Source: the human T2T-CHM13v2.0 reference genome, Homo sapiens. From it: a stretch of 64,000 bases of DNA. This document shows positions 40,905 to 55,540 of the stretch, in pieces. The notes below the pieces were generated by a model that worked only from the letters and a program-made list of their open reading frames with translations, did not search any database and was not told where the DNA came from. Position numbers and translations under genes: made by a program. The DNA is taken from the NCBI RefSeq assembly GCF_009914755.1, contig NC_060937.1; one strand, written 5' to 3'. The stretch's first letter is position 1, and every line of letters begins with the position of its first letter.

Positions 40905-41650
40905 ATAGGTATTTTAAAAATATAGTTTTATATGAAAATACTTCTAGATTTACAGAAAATTGCAAAGCTAGTACAGCGATTTTCCATATGACATATAACT
41001 GTTTCCCCCATTATTAACATCTTACATTCGTATGATATACGTGTTATATTAATGAACAAATATTGTTACATTATTATTAACTAAAATGTGTACTTCCTTT
41101 ACATTCCTTAGATTTTTTTTTCTTTTCTTACCTAATGTCCTTTTTCTGTTCCAGGATCGCATTCAGAATAGTACATCTCATTTACTCATTCTGTCTCTTT
41201 AGGCAACTCTAGGCTGCGGAAGTTTTCAGACTTTCCTTTTTTTAATGATTTTGACAGTTTTGAGGAGTACTAATTTAATATTTCATAAAATGTTCTTCGA
41301 TTGATATTTTGCTGATTATTAGACTGGGGTTATGAATGAAGTTTCTGTCTCATCCCATGCTATTTAAGAAACATTATCAACGTGACTTATCACTGGTGAT
41401 AGTCATCTTGATCACGTGCGGAGGTAGTGTATGTCAGGTTTCTCCACTGTAATGTTATTCTTTAGTACCTTTACATACTGTACTCTCTGGAAGAAAGTCC
41501 CTATGCACAGCCTACACTTACGGAGGGGGGAGTTGTACTCTATCTCCATGACGGTGGAATAACTGGCATAAATACTTTTGAATTCTTCTATGTGGGAAAT
41601 TTGTCTATTCTCCATCATTTATTGGTGTATTCAATTATTTATATCAGTCA
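40905..41650 (-). mobile_element. L1MC/L1MD 3' fragment
   Basis: agatttacagaaaattgcaaag..cccccattattaacatcttacatt..cctaatgtcctttttctgttccaggatc..caggtttctccactgtaa. Confidence 0.75.
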
Positions 41651-44600
41651 TTTCACAGGATTTTTTGAATAAATGTTTCAAAAAAGGAAGGAGAGTTAAA
41701 GGGATTTTAGTTTAGGCAATTTACACATATTTTTAACAGTTAACAATGACATTTAAATTTTACTGCAATTTAGAATTTTGCTGTCAAAATTATTCCTTAT
41801 TGCAAATTTGTACCTCTTTATTGGCACTCTGGCCTCCTCTCTCTCTTGTCAGAGAGAAAATCCTAGTTGTCTTCTAAAAATTACCGCAAAATGATTTTAG
41901 AAAACAGAATACAAATTCTACCCATGAAATTCTATAATCCTAGAGCTAATTAATCTGTAAACCATGTCATACATGCCTTCCACCCACAAGAAAGACATGG
42001 TTATGTTTTTTGAGTACTAATTACATCTCAGAGTTCAAGAGAAACTGTTAGAAAAGTCAGAAAAGGCTATGCAAAGAGCAGTTCAAAAGTAGCTGCGACA
42101 ATACAAGTCATTATTCGTTCTATTTCTGTCCACCTTATACCTATAAAAGTCCACTGCATGATAGGTAAGAATTAAACATGCCAGTAGCTCAAATTTACTT
42201 AAATTTCTTTAAAGCTACTCTAATTACATATCCATCATTTGAAGAGAACAAGGAATTGTTTTCAGAGTAAAAGCAACATTCATTCCCTTGACTCACATCG
42301 ATGCACAGGTGTTAAGCTCCCTCAACTTTAACAATAGAGAACATGTCTTATCTTCAAATTTATTATAGTTTATGACTCTGTCCCTAATCAACTCCATAGA
42401 TTTTTTCCACTCTCACTAATTTCCATGGAGTTTAACCTAAAACAGCATGTCATGCAACACTCGAGGAAATTTTGATTGTAAGAACAGTGAAAAAATAATG
42501 ATTAACTCATGGTCGTAGAAGTTATTTAAATCTTCACTTAAGTAACATAATTTGTCTATCTAAGCACCAGACTTATCACAGATATGTTCTTTTGGTCATT
42601 ATTTTAATTTAGGATACCTTTATGTAGAACATATACTCTTGAATTCGGCAGAGATAATTCAATTCCCTTTAAAATAATTGTACCTTGAACCCAGTTGAGT
42701 TTGATTTTCAGATTTAAATATTCTGTTGCTTAATGCATGAAATTATTAGAGACTTGTGCTCCTGGACAAAATAATTTGAACTTGAATCAGCCCACAGAAG
42801 CAACAGTTCTATAATTCGTTGTTATATCCACTTTTGGCTAAATACTGAAGATGTCTAAAGCAGCTTGTATAGTGTTATATGTATATTTAAAATATTTTGA
42901 ATACTCAAATGAAATATTTGTCTCAGATTTTAATATATCAACACCTGTGTTTATGGTGAGGAAAATGTTTGCCTTTAGTTTATAATATAACTGATTATGC
43001 TTACCTCTTTGTCTTGTTGACTGAGAAGAAAAACTAATTGGTATGTCATTTCTATGAATACAAACAGAGTTTTAAGACATTACTTATTGTGAAAATTACA
43101 CCATAATTGTTTTGATTTGAATTTGAATGCCTTTCCCAGTATTTTTTGACTTACAAAGCCTTATACACCATGGATATTTAGAAATAAAACTAAGACAAAA
43201 GCCATAACTTGGCTTATGCAAGTGGCTTATTTTTTCTTTCCTTTATATTCTACATCATCAGGAAACTAGAAGGGAGATAGAAAGTGGTAAGTATAAAAGA
43301 AGGCAACTTCTACTGGCCAGATTTTCGCAAGTTAGTAGGAACATGTTTCTGTAGAACCAGGTTATACTGAAGTTATCTGCAGAGCTCTTCCGTCTTGAGA
43401 TGCTTAAATATTTTATTCAGTGACTTTGGTGGATTTGATGTGGAAAGAAAAATGTTGGCAGTTTTAATAGTTTATCTCACATTCTGCCCAGATTGGGAGT
43501 TCTACCATCCTACCCTCTGTGAGGCCACCATACCCACTTCCTCTTTATTCTTGAGGTTCTGTGTTGACAAAGATTTTGTATTTTTGTTTAACAGGTAATT
43601 TTTTATGATGCTCTATCTTGGTTTCCAAAATATGCTTCATATGTTACCTCCTTACCTTGCTGCTACCATTATGGGTCATTTTTAAAGATCACCACTTTTA
43701 TTTTCTGACTGCGAACATTCATGCCTTTCTTGAAATCTTCACATCTCATAATCCATATTTAAAATCAATATTTCTTAGCCCCAGTGAACTGTAAGTGCAA
43801 TAGTTACAGAGTGCTGCCGAGGGAGCATACAGATACAGAATTTCTGATAAGTATGCAATTCTTTCTGAAAACACTATCCGAGCACATTGAGTTATGTCAT
43901 AGATTATGTGACTGTTATTTCCCCTCTTGGATAGTGCACTTTGAAGCCATCTTAAGATGTGGAAAACTTAAGTTAAATAAATGTAAGCAAGGGGGTTTGA
44001 TTACAAGGTTCTAAATATGTTTTGTTTAACTGAATCTGGCAAATAAAATAGTAATTTGTAAAAATGATTCAAAAATGTCCTATTACATCGTTTTTGAATT
44101 AGTCAAATTTGTCAGTTAATCAAAAATGCTCATTAATCAGAAAGCAGAGTGCATAGCCCAGGAAAACACATGAAAATAATCAATGGCATATGTTTCCAAG
44201 TAGTATTTACGTTTTTCAGGCATGGATCTATCAGGAATAAACTTATATTTTAGACAAATGCAAAATAGTTTTTACATTTTTTCCTGTAAGACTGAATCCC
44301 ATTACCAGTCTTTAGAATTTCTTTATTAACTTTTATTCTGCATTATCCTCTCCTCTCACCACACCTAAACATTCCTTTAGAGAAGAAAATATGGGGTAGG
44401 ACAGGTTCATCAGACTCATGTAAGTGCCATTTGGCTAGGACATTTTCTCTGGTTGAGTATTGTGACAGGAGTGAAATAATAGCCATAATATGCAGAGATG
44501 AAAACTCAAGTTCACAATCCAAAGGAATCAGTGATCAAGGTATTCCTTCAGAACATCTTCAGCATGCAGTTTACTTCCAGCTAACATGTGTTTTCCTGGT

Positions 44601-45339
44601 TGGATTGCACTTAGCATCCTTCAACTGAGGGAGACAAAGTGTTTAAAATTAAAGTGCTTCGTGTTCCCATTATAAGTGTCCTTTCCCAAGCATAATGGGA
44701 AAATGGACTCTTCATTAAAAATGGCTAAGTGGTAATTTACAGAAGTCTTAAGAAGGGTGAAATGACAGGGTTGTTTTGCTTGTTTATATTTGCTTGTTTT
44801 CCCCCCATACTATCAGCAAATCATATCATCTCTACCAAATTTTAAATGGAAGATATTAACAAATAGTCAAAACTGAAGTAAAATAATGTTTTCAAAGATG
44901 GTTATTATTTAAAAACATTTAGGAAATTGGTGCTTTAGTTGATTCACTTGTAAGATAAAGTTGAATACTGTGAGGCATAGCTAAGATTTGCATGGAAAGT
45001 TCTTGAAAATGTTAATAATTGAATGTTGTAATATTTTTATGATTCTTCTTCAGATTAATATAATAAAATAAAATTAGACTTAAAATTATGAAATTATGAA
45101 TGCGCAAGTCTGAGGATAACATTTTAAATAGTGCTAAGAAGCATCAGTGACAATTCTCCATTTGGGTATCATCTATGTAACTTCCTCAGGCTACTCATTT
45201 GATGTACAACAATATTAATTGTAAGAAAAAAATATATGATGCCAGTTGTTACTACGTCAATGGAAGGTCATGCTTTTCACTCAATGTGACAATGACATAA
45301 GTAATTATGAGCAGCGCTGCCTCTCATATTAAGCAGACA

Positions 45340-46000
45340 GAATGTTGAATAACTCTAGATCTAGTAGAAAAGATGTCAAAATGTCCATGGAAAAATTAGG
45401 CCATGATTTTACATCTTATAATAATTTTGTTGACATGTAAGCTAAGATGCCATTTCTGTATCTGACAATATGATATTGACTACCTACCTATCTCAGAATG
45501 TTGCTGTAAGGACCAATTAAGATAAAATATGATAAAATCATGAATATACAATAAAAATCCATCTCAAATACACAAGGTAGCAAAATTACAAGCTAGTTGT
45601 TTAAAAAATGCACCATTATACATGTATACCAAATCATACATCTGAATTAAAAAACATATAATGCTGAAACATATAATAAATTGGACTCAAAATTAATAAA
45701 TGATTGATAAGCAAAGTGAATATCCTCTCCCAGTTCTCAGATGTTACTTTTATTCTTATGAAGGATTGTGAAAAAGATTTGAAAAAACTTATAAAATCAC
45801 ACATTATGAATAATCATCATAATTGAGTGTTTGCTGCATGCTAAACTTTATGCTAAACTAGCTTAATTTTATAAGTTTGCTCCTTAAAATAACCCTCTCA
45901 CTTAAAGACTATTATTTTCCCTTTTTACATTTAAGGAATATTAAGACTTCATAAAGTTAAGTAATTTGACCAAGATCCATAACTGTAAAATGGAGAAGCC
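45340..46000. mobile_element. Two degenerate MIR fragments (~45340-45560 on +, ~45810-46000 on -)
   Basis: tacctacctatctcagaatgttgctgtaaggaccaattaagata and attattttccctttttac..aagttaagtaatttgaccaagatc. Confidence 0.5.
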
Positions 46001-47787
46001 CAAGAGATATTTCAAGTACTTAATGAGAAGCAAGAAATAGGTGCATGCCAATTAGAATAAATGTCCAAGGATCAGAATGAACACTGGGCTGCCCACATCA
46101 CACTGAGTGGTAGTTGCATATCAATTCAAGTGAAGGCCAAAATAAGTCCTGGATATCTAGTGTTAAGTTCTACACACTACACTTACAAATACAAAGGAAT
46201 AAAGTGTATAAGTATTTTGAAAGTACAGGTGGAAAAAGCCTAAGAAAATATAGTGAACCTTATGATTAAAGTAGGAAAATACATAGCAGGTACCCTGAAC
46301 ACTTGGAAAAATGGTGATTGAATTCAATTCAATGATTCAATTCTTAGCTTCTCACAAAGTAAAGGAAAATGAAAACAATTATAAGACTGAGAGCAACAAT
46401 AAAATAAAATCCAAACAGATTGTTTAAGGAAGTAAAGTTGATTATGGGACTCAAGAGATTTTTCTTACTTCAAAACCCAGAAAATAACTGTGACTTACAC
46501 TGTGGTAGATACATAACCCTTACTCCTAAATATTAAAAGTCACCTAGCTATTTCTTTTGCAGTCTCTCTATTAAGCCCCATGGCACAAAGCCAAAACACT
46601 GTTCAATAACAACAACAAAAAGCTTCATAACAGTCACAAAATTGAAATAGTTTTTATTGTCTATTTTGGCACAATACTTTTCCCAAATTAGTTTCATACG
46701 ATAGTACTAAATGTTTTACACACACACACACACACACATTTTAAACATATATATGCATAAATGAAACAAGGTTTCTTGCTAAAATGATGGAAAGGTAAGG
46801 ATTTAATTGTGATATAAAAATTATATTATTGATTTTATTTTTATTACTTTTATTTTGTTACTGAATATACAGGTTGTTTAAACACCCTCTGAAAATTGCT
46901 TAAATCAACACTTTTAAATAATGGGCAATAATAATACATAAAACCAGTCTTTGAAGGCTCAGTCTCTTAAATCAAGAATAGAATTTTCCATCTAGTAAAA
47001 GCCTTAAGTTTAAAACTAATAATGTACTAATGTGCTTGCATAATTCATGCCACTTGAATTAAACCAGTAATAAAAATGAAACAATAATTTACTTCTAATT
47101 ACAATAAAAATTCTGAAGAGAGTTTAAATGGTAAGCTCCAGGCTGATATACACTTTTTAATATTAAAGCAGGACATTAAACATCTCAGCCCCTATGTGTG
47201 TATATTTATTTCATTCAAATGTTTGGCAGTAAGCAGAAGCTATCTTAACATTTCTTAGCAGGTACAAAGACTTTAATTAACTTCAGTGGCACACAAACTT
47301 TTTCTACAAGGAAGTTAACACTTCAATATGATTAAAGGTCTGCCATTTGGCAGTTTAATTTCCTAACCCTCTTCTTAATATCACTACTAGATTGACAGCT
47401 TCCTTTATTTAAACCTTGTGCTTATCAGTTCTCTACAGGACCTGACACTTTGTTAGTAACTCTGCAATTCCATCTCCCATATTTGTTAGAACTCTATTTT
47501 CTTACACATCAATGAACACAGTGTATTTTCAAGTATGTCAGGATAGTAGAGACTATGTAAGAGATAAACTAGGAGGAAATTTCTATCAGTCTAAGAGCAA
47601 CTTTAAAATATAGTGAACCTCAGTGCATCCTTTCCAAATATATTATAGTTTTTCTTTTCCTTTCAAAATGTGAGCATCCATTTTTGGCTGTGATTGAAAT
47701 CCTAATGTGTGTGCAAGTGGATTCAAAATCAATATTTGCTGTTATCAAAAATTGTTTTGCTCCATTTTTAAATGAGAAAATACTAGC

Positions 47788-48116
47788 ATATATATATTTA
47801 TATATATATTTGATATATTTATATATATTTGATATATATATTTATATATATTTGATATATATTTATATATATATATTTGATATTTATATATTTGATATAT
47901 ATTTATATATTTATTTGATATATATTTATATATATTTGATATATATTTATATATATTTATATATATTTGATATATATATTTATATATTTATTTGATATAT
48001 ATATTTTTATATATTTGATATATATATTTATATTTGATATATATATTTGATATATATGATATATATATTTATATATATTTGATATATATATTTATTATAT
48101 ATCTGATATATATATA
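47788..48116. repeat. AT-rich minisatellite, unit ~ gatatatatttatatatattt
   Basis: About 330 bp almost entirely A/T, with periodic ttgat anchors. Confidence 0.95.
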
Positions 48117-49313
48117 AAACAAAAATGTTTAAACCAAAATAAGATAACAAAAAGTTGTATTTAGTGCTAAATTTGAAGACCCTTAAAGGTAAGGAACATG
48201 TATAATTCAGCATATTGTTTTTCAGACCCCATCATAAGGCATAGTACATAGTAGACATACATATAGTAAAACTTGAGAGTTGCTCAATGCATTCACAGGA
48301 CAAAGACCATTAGGCATTAATATGCTTAAATTGTGAGGCACCATTGACACCTAAAGGGAACCAGCATTAGATGGGGAGAAACTATGAACCAAACCTGCAC
48401 TGAACCACTATATAGCAATATGATAGTCAGTTTAAGCTACTCAAACTATTTTGAGAGCAAGACAGCGATGAGTCACTTCAAGGAACTCGTATCATAACTG
48501 ATACCCTATAAAAGTACACAAATCTGGTAAAGACAATACCAGTCAATTTAAGTTCTGATGTTCCTATTCCAGTAACAGAGTCAACAGCTTACTATTGATC
48601 ATTTCAAGGTTACTTTTACCTCATTGATTGGGCAGCATTAAGAAATTTAGAGGCTTTGAATATATAACTGTGTCCTCATATTAATTTAAAACAGACCAAC
48701 ACATTTGTGATCTATCTCAAGAAGATTTTACAAATGCTTATTTGAAATATGAAATATGTAATTTTCAAAAAATATTTTGGTGTTTCTGCTTTGCACATGC
48801 TTAGCATAGAAAACGTTCGTCTGTAAAATGTATAATGTTCAGGATGGAATATCTGAAGTTCTAGACATTGCTACTTCTCGAGGTGATTTGAACATAGAGT
48901 GATAAGATATTGTATGACCTAATTATCTTTTCATCTCTGACCTCATGCTTCTGAGGATGACGCATGCAATAACTCCTGAATAACTTTAACTTCACCCTGC
49001 CAAATCAAAGGCTTATTGAAGATTAAATGATAATATCTCAGTTTTCATTTCTATTCAAACTAATAGAAAAATGGAAGTACAGAATAGGAGCTGCATTAGG
49101 TACAGGAAAATGCTCACGAAACTGTTTTTAAGTCAATTTGACACATCTAAACTGAGAATGCCAACAAGTAGATAGTGATACATAGATTTTACTACTTTTA
49201 CAAACAAAAGTAAAGGGCTTTTGCATTATGCCCTGCTCCACATAATCCTGTGCGTTGCCAAATTTGTTTAAAGGCTTATGACATTTTAAGCTGTATTCTA
49301 TCAGTTTTCTATA

Positions 49314-49460
49314 CAGATGGTTCCTGACTTATCAGGATTTGACTTTCAATTTTTGGTCATTATGATGGCATGAAAGTGATATGCATTCGCTATATTCCTT
49401 GATTTACAACGAGGATAGCACATCCAGATAAATCCATTGTAAGCTAAGGAGCATCGACAT
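49314..49460. mobile_element. TcMar-Tigger MITE (MER47-like)
   Basis: ta|cagatggttcctgacttat ... gataaatccattgtaagctaaggagcatcg; degenerate terminal inverted repeats. Confidence 0.6.
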
Positions 49461-50158
49461 ATATAGTTTACATTGTGTCTTTTTCTAATATACACCGTGA
49501 CCCTCTTCATGCCATAAGTGCTCAAATATTGTTAGCAGAATTATGATTTGATTTTGAAAAACTGATATACAATTTTATAAGTACTGATATACAGTCTGAA
49601 TTCCAACTAAGTATTTTCTTTACAACTTAAGATACCAATTATAAAACGGCACTACTTTATAACACACTCTCTTTACAAATGGCTAAGATCACAAGCAGAT
49701 TTTCTAGTAGAAAACAGTGAAGAAAACCCAATTGAAAGTCTTAAAAGAAAAATTGAAATTGCTTATACTGCTAATTAAGAATTTAGAAAAATGACATGAA
49801 CTTCATATTAAGTTATAATTATTTCTCTAACACCAGTGTAAATTTTCTTTCCATTTCTGTGCTGTTACAATGTGGGAAAAACTGAACTTATGTTGTCGTT
49901 TATTTTAAGTAAAGAAACTAACTTCATACCTTAAAAGTAGTCATCATTTTTTCACAACCTCATCATTATCCTAAATAGTTGCAAGAATTATTATTTTTTT
50001 AAATTCTTTTGTCACAAAGACATTACTGGGTTTTTACTCTGTTGTACATATTGCTAAGTATTAACCTTTACATATTTTTTTCTTTTAAGAAACTTCTTGT
50101 GAACTGTTATCACCATTGCTGTCTCTCAATGATACCAAGGCCATTCTTACCAGTTACC

Positions 50159-50183
50159 AAATAATAATAATAATAATAATAAT
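50159..50183. repeat. (AAT)n microsatellite
   Basis: About 8 AAT units. Confidence 0.9.
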
Positions 50184-51374
50184 GTAAGTCTACATGTTTG
50201 CTTTAGTTCTTACTGAATTTCTCTGAAAAACCTGATCTCATTGCTTCTCATCTAATTTTTTGGACTACAGGTAACAAATGTTGGATGAGTTCAACATGGA
50301 GAGTGTTTCCCATATCTTAATATGTACAATTTTTTACTATATAAAATTCTATAAAAGTTATTTTTTCAAAGATTATAAACTATAATCATTGAAGCTTATC
50401 TCAAACATTCATTCTAAGCCTTCTTTATCCATGTACTTTGTCCTTAATTTCTAACTTAATAAGATAAATTACCTACATCTGGTTCCTTCAAATCTTACAC
50501 ATTTTTCAGAGTTCATAAAATGTTATATGTTTAAATCATTTGAAAGCACTCTGACCTATCTCTATTAAACACATTGCTTCTACAGCTAATAATTAACTAT
50601 CAATCATTGACATAGTTGATCCTCCTTAGTTTCACCAAAGCCTCTCAAACCTTAAAATTAAAAAAAAAAAATACATATTATCAAATGGCTGGACTTTTAC
50701 ATCTATTCCCACTCATTCATTTTTTTTCCTGTTTTCTGGAATATATTTATTTTTAGCTTTCTTTAAAGAAAAGTCTTAGATATCTGTCAGCTGGTGAGTT
50801 AGGTAGATAGTACAGTTACCTCCTATGCTTCCCTTTCTATACAACTGATCACTTGTTCTTTTCTATTGTTATAATTTGTTACATTGTATATGACAAAAAG
50901 CAAGATACTTGCCTTATGTCATGCCTGCAATTTTTCCAATAATACCTGATAAATATTTTCCTCATCTAACACATTTCTGTAAACTCACAACTAAAAATTT
51001 AAGGTATTGGAGCACAGGCCAAAGTGGCAGTGGCAGCTGAGAGGCATTTTTGTATCCTGTCCGCCCTCTACAAGCAGAGCCAAATCTGGGTCATTATTTC
51101 AGCAGGGAGCTTTGAAACACCTTCCAACTTTGTACAGCAGGATGCTGAGTATCTTTTGACCTAGTTTTGCACACAGGAAATGCAAGACTGCCAGACCATG
51201 GAGCCTGGAAGTGTTAGGTTGTTAGATCTCTGTCTTTTAGTTGCTGGAAGGATTCCTAAAATGTTAGCTTCATGATTCTTCCCTTTCCAGGAAACAATAA
51301 CGTAATTATCCTGGCTACCTCTTGGCTCAGAGGTAAATATTCCTCCATATGACTGTTTCAGGTTGTATGCAAAT

Positions 51375-51939
51375 TGAAATTGACCAAGATGGTCTTAAAA
51401 TTTGCCTCAGTTTCACTAAACTTTGGATAGAATTCTTCCTGACTCTATGCTCACCCCTCTTTTTTCAGACTACTCATTAAAAAAAAAAAACATGGAATTG
51501 TAATTTTTTCTCTAATCCTTTGAGATGTTAAGTCTTTTTAAAAACCTCTTGCTAGTTTGCTAGTTTTACAACCCGTAACTTTTTTTTTTCCCCCAAAGGC
51601 CTGAACATTGTATCTTTGAAATGTAAACATCAAGGGAAATAGCTCCCCTATGCCCCAGTTTCTGGAGGAGAGTAGAAGACTAACTTGGGTGAACAAATTG
51701 CTTCAAGTTGTAAAACTATCCTCTCGCAAAGATGAGAAAGTTTACTTTTTCTTTAGTAAAACCAATTAACAAACACAGATTGGCCTGTGCTCTCCCTCTG
51801 ACCTTGGCACTTAAAAATCCTCCCTTCCTTCGTTTCAGTAAACTTCAGACTGAGTTTGGGTCTCTCTCCTAATACAATATCCTTGAATAAAGTCTTCTTT
51901 ACCTGTATAATTTTGTCTAGAACGATTTTCTCTTTATCA
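51375..51939 (+). mobile_element. MER67-like ERV1 solo LTR
   Basis: TG...CA ends, 4-bp TSD aaat (51371-51374 / 51940-51943), tttgcctcagtttcactaaactttgg.., aataaa at ~51887. Confidence 0.75.
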
Positions 51940-53212
51940 AAATATTACTTTAAAACTATTAAGACCAAAAAATGTCTAAGTATTTTCCTCACATTGCTGC
52001 TTTGAGATTAAGCAGTCAGAGCATGTGTACTTTTTTTTTTTTTTTTTTTTCAGGAAGCTTTTTTTACTGAGTGTTATCTTAGTGTTAGCAAATCCTTCTT
52101 CAATATAAGTGAAATCCTAAAAGAGGACAGAGTCCTCCTAGTTCCCAGGTGTTTGGACTCCAGTGGCTGATCTTCACAATGTCACCTCTTGTTTTTCTGT
52201 TAGCAGAAATGCTGTAAAAATAAAACTCCTTAAACTACGTTCCTGCTGCTTTGATAACTAGGCCAGAACCTGCCTTTCTTCGTCTCACACCAGTATGAAG
52301 AATTTAGGTAAAATGAACCACATTCCATTTATAAGAAATAATACATAAAACAAACCATCAATATATACTGTCTGCCTTGGTTTCTTTCACAAGATTTTAT
52401 GTCCTCCTCTTCTTGCTAAATGTAAATAGTTATTAAAAAGTGTAAACCCTGATAATGCTCTGTGTGTTGTATGCCTTCTAACTCTCTTAACATTTGGCAT
52501 TATATCACATTTATGTCCTCATCTACATCTTCTGTTCATTTGGTCTGTGAGCTTCATGAGGGCAATACACAGATTTATTAGTTTATTCTCTACAAATACA
52601 ATTAATACTTGTATATTAACATTCAACAAATGTTTGCTATAATGGCAAAATTATTTGAATGCACTAATAACACGATACAAAGATTAATAGAAAATGTCAA
52701 CATAGTCGATCAGAAAAAAAAACTTGAAAAATGTCATTTGCACAACTCTAAGTACCTTTATTGTCCATTTCAAATGATTTGTCAAGTCCACATTAACTAT
52801 TCCGTGAAAATTTTTACGTTAAAGTAACACATTCCAGGGAAAAAGTTATTTGAACCCATCATTTCCAAAAGAAAAGACAATTAGAATCTCTTTTCTTTCC
52901 TAAGCAAACATGGACATAAACAAATTATTATTCAATAATTTGTATCCACCCTGTTTCTCTCCCAGGTTCTACTATTTACATATTTATTTAAGCCAGTTTA
53001 AATCATTTGTGGAAGAACGAAATGTATATGTATACATATATACATTTGTAATTTCAGTGACAACAAAAAGTCTGATTTTTGATCTACTAGTTTTCAACTG
53101 AAAAGATACAGAATACAGATTTTTTTTAAAAAAAGCGTTAAATCCTGTACTTAAAGGAAATGAGCTAAAATTTATAAGACATCAGAATGATGTTATAATT
53201 ATTTTGCCATAC

Positions 53213-53349
53213 CTGTATATGCAAATTGGACAAGGTCCCAGAGAGCATTGGGGTCTATGCCTTCCATTTTGATCTCCTCTTGCTTGGCTTCACAAACATC
53301 ACTTGTAAACATGGCCGCAAAATAGTCGGAGACTGAACTCAGAACAAGC
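53213..53349 (-). CDS. KLHL1: KLHL1 internal coding exon (137 bp; BTB/POZ domain; exon 3 by recalled numbering)
   Basis: Not in the ORF track; read by hand on the minus strand: ...ctctttcag|G CTT GTT CTG ... GCA TAT ACA G|gtatgg. Translation is (R)[45 protein letters not shown](G), the typical KLHL BTB signature. Canonical AG/GT; starts in phase 2 and ends in phase 1, matching the phase-1 start of the next exon. Confidence 0.96.
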
Positions 53350-54970
53350 CTGAAAGAGTCACAGGTTCTAATTTAGGTCGTGAATGTAAGGCAGAAAATC
53401 ACTGTGTCAACCAGAATGCAACACAGAGCACAAAATCAATCTATTGATCAATCAATTAATGCATTTTATTTATTGCCTCATGAGTTGTACTTTACAAAAC
53501 TGATTCAAAAACTCTTCCCCTAACTTTTCGTAATAGAGCATTCTCATACATTTTCTTCTATCACTTGAACGATATTTTGTCTTTCACATTTAGGGCTTCA
53601 GGCCTCTTAAATAATATATTATAGTTTTCTTTATGTAATGACCCACCTTTCACCATGCTAACTTTCCCCACTGAACTATCTTGAATTTGAACGCATAACA
53701 TATATTGATCTGTTGGTGAGATTTCTATTATGTTTTGTTTATTTGCCTGTTCTTGTGCCAATAAAATAGTATTTTTAAATTAGAAATATGTCTTTATAAC
53801 CAATAAGGCAAATCCCTTTCTTTAATATTTTAAATTTAACTATTAGTAACATATTATTCTTTCATAAGTAGAGTTTTAGGCTTTCAAGTCTTAAGTAACT
53901 TTTTAAGTTTTAAAAATAATTCCTAAAGCATTTTGATTTAAAAATGCATTAATTTTTTATTTTATTTGGGGAGACTTGACATAATTTTCATATAAATTCA
54001 TTCCATCTAAAAGTATAAAATATCTATCCCTATATTCAGGATACTTTGTTTCCTTTTCAATTTTAAAGTTTTCCTGAAAATTGCTATATAGATTCTTGGT
54101 TGATTCTTATATTGTTACAATTTTGTTGGCTTTGTGTATACTATCTACTTTTTATTCTATTTTTGTTGGTTTGTTTTTCTGTTAGAATTTATTAATTGAG
54201 GAATTCATAGATTCATCCTTTATCTGGTACATCTGGTGAATTATGTTTGCTAGTTCTTTTGATTCTGCTATTTCTTTTTACATTTAGGTAGATGACTACA
54301 TCATCTGCAAGTTATATTCTTTTGACTTATTCCTGTTCATTCTGTATAACTCCTCTTCTTTCTCTTTCCTTACAGCTGTGTTAAACAGTTCCTCTGTCAC
54401 AGAGGCATTTTGTGTTTTTTTCTATATTAAGAGGAATGCATCTAAAGTTTCTCCCTTCAGTATGATGCCTGCTGAATATACTTGGAATATAAGCTTTACT
54501 AAGTCAGATAAACCTCTTTAATTTCTAATTTTGCAAACAATTTTTATATCTGTGTATTAAAATTTATAATGTTGTTAATGATATTTTAGAATGAAAAAAA
54601 TTATGATATTTTCAAGTATAATTATGAGATGAATAAATCTCTAATTTTATTTTCTTGTATTTTCCTGATCTGATTTTTAATCAAGGCTATAATAATATGA
54701 GCTGGGAGCTACAACTCTTTAATTTTGTGTAACAACTTTTAGAATAAAGCAATTACTTTTTTCTTTAAGATCTTTCAGAAATTATGTGTAAAACCATTTA
54801 CATTCGGCTATTTTGAAGAAGACTTTCCTAATATCATTTCCATTATTTACTAAGTCACAAGGCTTATTCAAGTTATTTCTTCATATATTCACTTTTGCAT
54901 CTTAAATTTTCCAAAGTTTTTTTCACTTTACTTAGAGCCTAACATTTATTTGTTTGTTTATAATTTCAAC

Positions 54971-55128
54971 ATTTTTTTTAGAGACAGTATCTCTTTCTGT
55001 TGTCTAGGATGTTGTGCAGTGGCATGATCATAGCTCATTGCAGCCTTGAACCCCAGGGCTCAAAGTGATCTGCCTTCCTCAGCCTCCTGTGTAGCTGGGA
55101 CAGCATGCACAAGCCACCTCACCTAGCA
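54971..55128 (-). mobile_element. Alu monomer (FRAM/AluJ right arm)
   Basis: tagagacagtatctc..gcagtggcatgatcatagctcattgcagccttgaac..cacctagc. Confidence 0.8.
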
Positions 55129-55329
55129 TGGGTTCTAAAATGTCTAATTTATGTTTTTCACAAAATTACATTTGGGTTTAATTGTACCAATTTATATTTG
55201 TTTTTAATTTACTCTATTTGTTCTTCGGATTAATCTTTGTACGGTAATTATTTCATATCATTCATTATATTGACTACATGTTTTTCACATGTGTGTATGC
55301 ACACATATGTGTGTTTAAAGTGGTTACTC

Positions 55330-55540
55330 TACGGCAGCAACCAGAATTTTGTTTTCCATAAACAGCCAAATAGTAAATATTTTACATGTTGAAAATTCTA
55401 CAGTCTTTGTTGCATATTCTCCTTAAAAACAAACTCAATCAATTGAAAATTCTAAAATTAATTTTAGCTTATGGTCTACACAAAAACAAGCTGCACAGCA
55501 GATTTGGCCCCTGCACAGATATTTGCTAAATTTGTCTAGA
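55330..55540. mobile_element. MER58-like hAT-Charlie MITE
   Basis: agccaaatagtaaatattttac..gcagatttggcccctgcacagatatttgctaa. Confidence 0.6.

Noticed and set aside
47684-48213. I/Y-rich ORFs
   Set aside because: Translations of the AT minisatellite; the same applies to ORFs over 8616-9056 and 31134-31497.
52030-52050. Isolated T21 run (also A-run at ~3457-3470)
   Set aside because: No flanking direct repeat or element body; treated as plain homopolymers.
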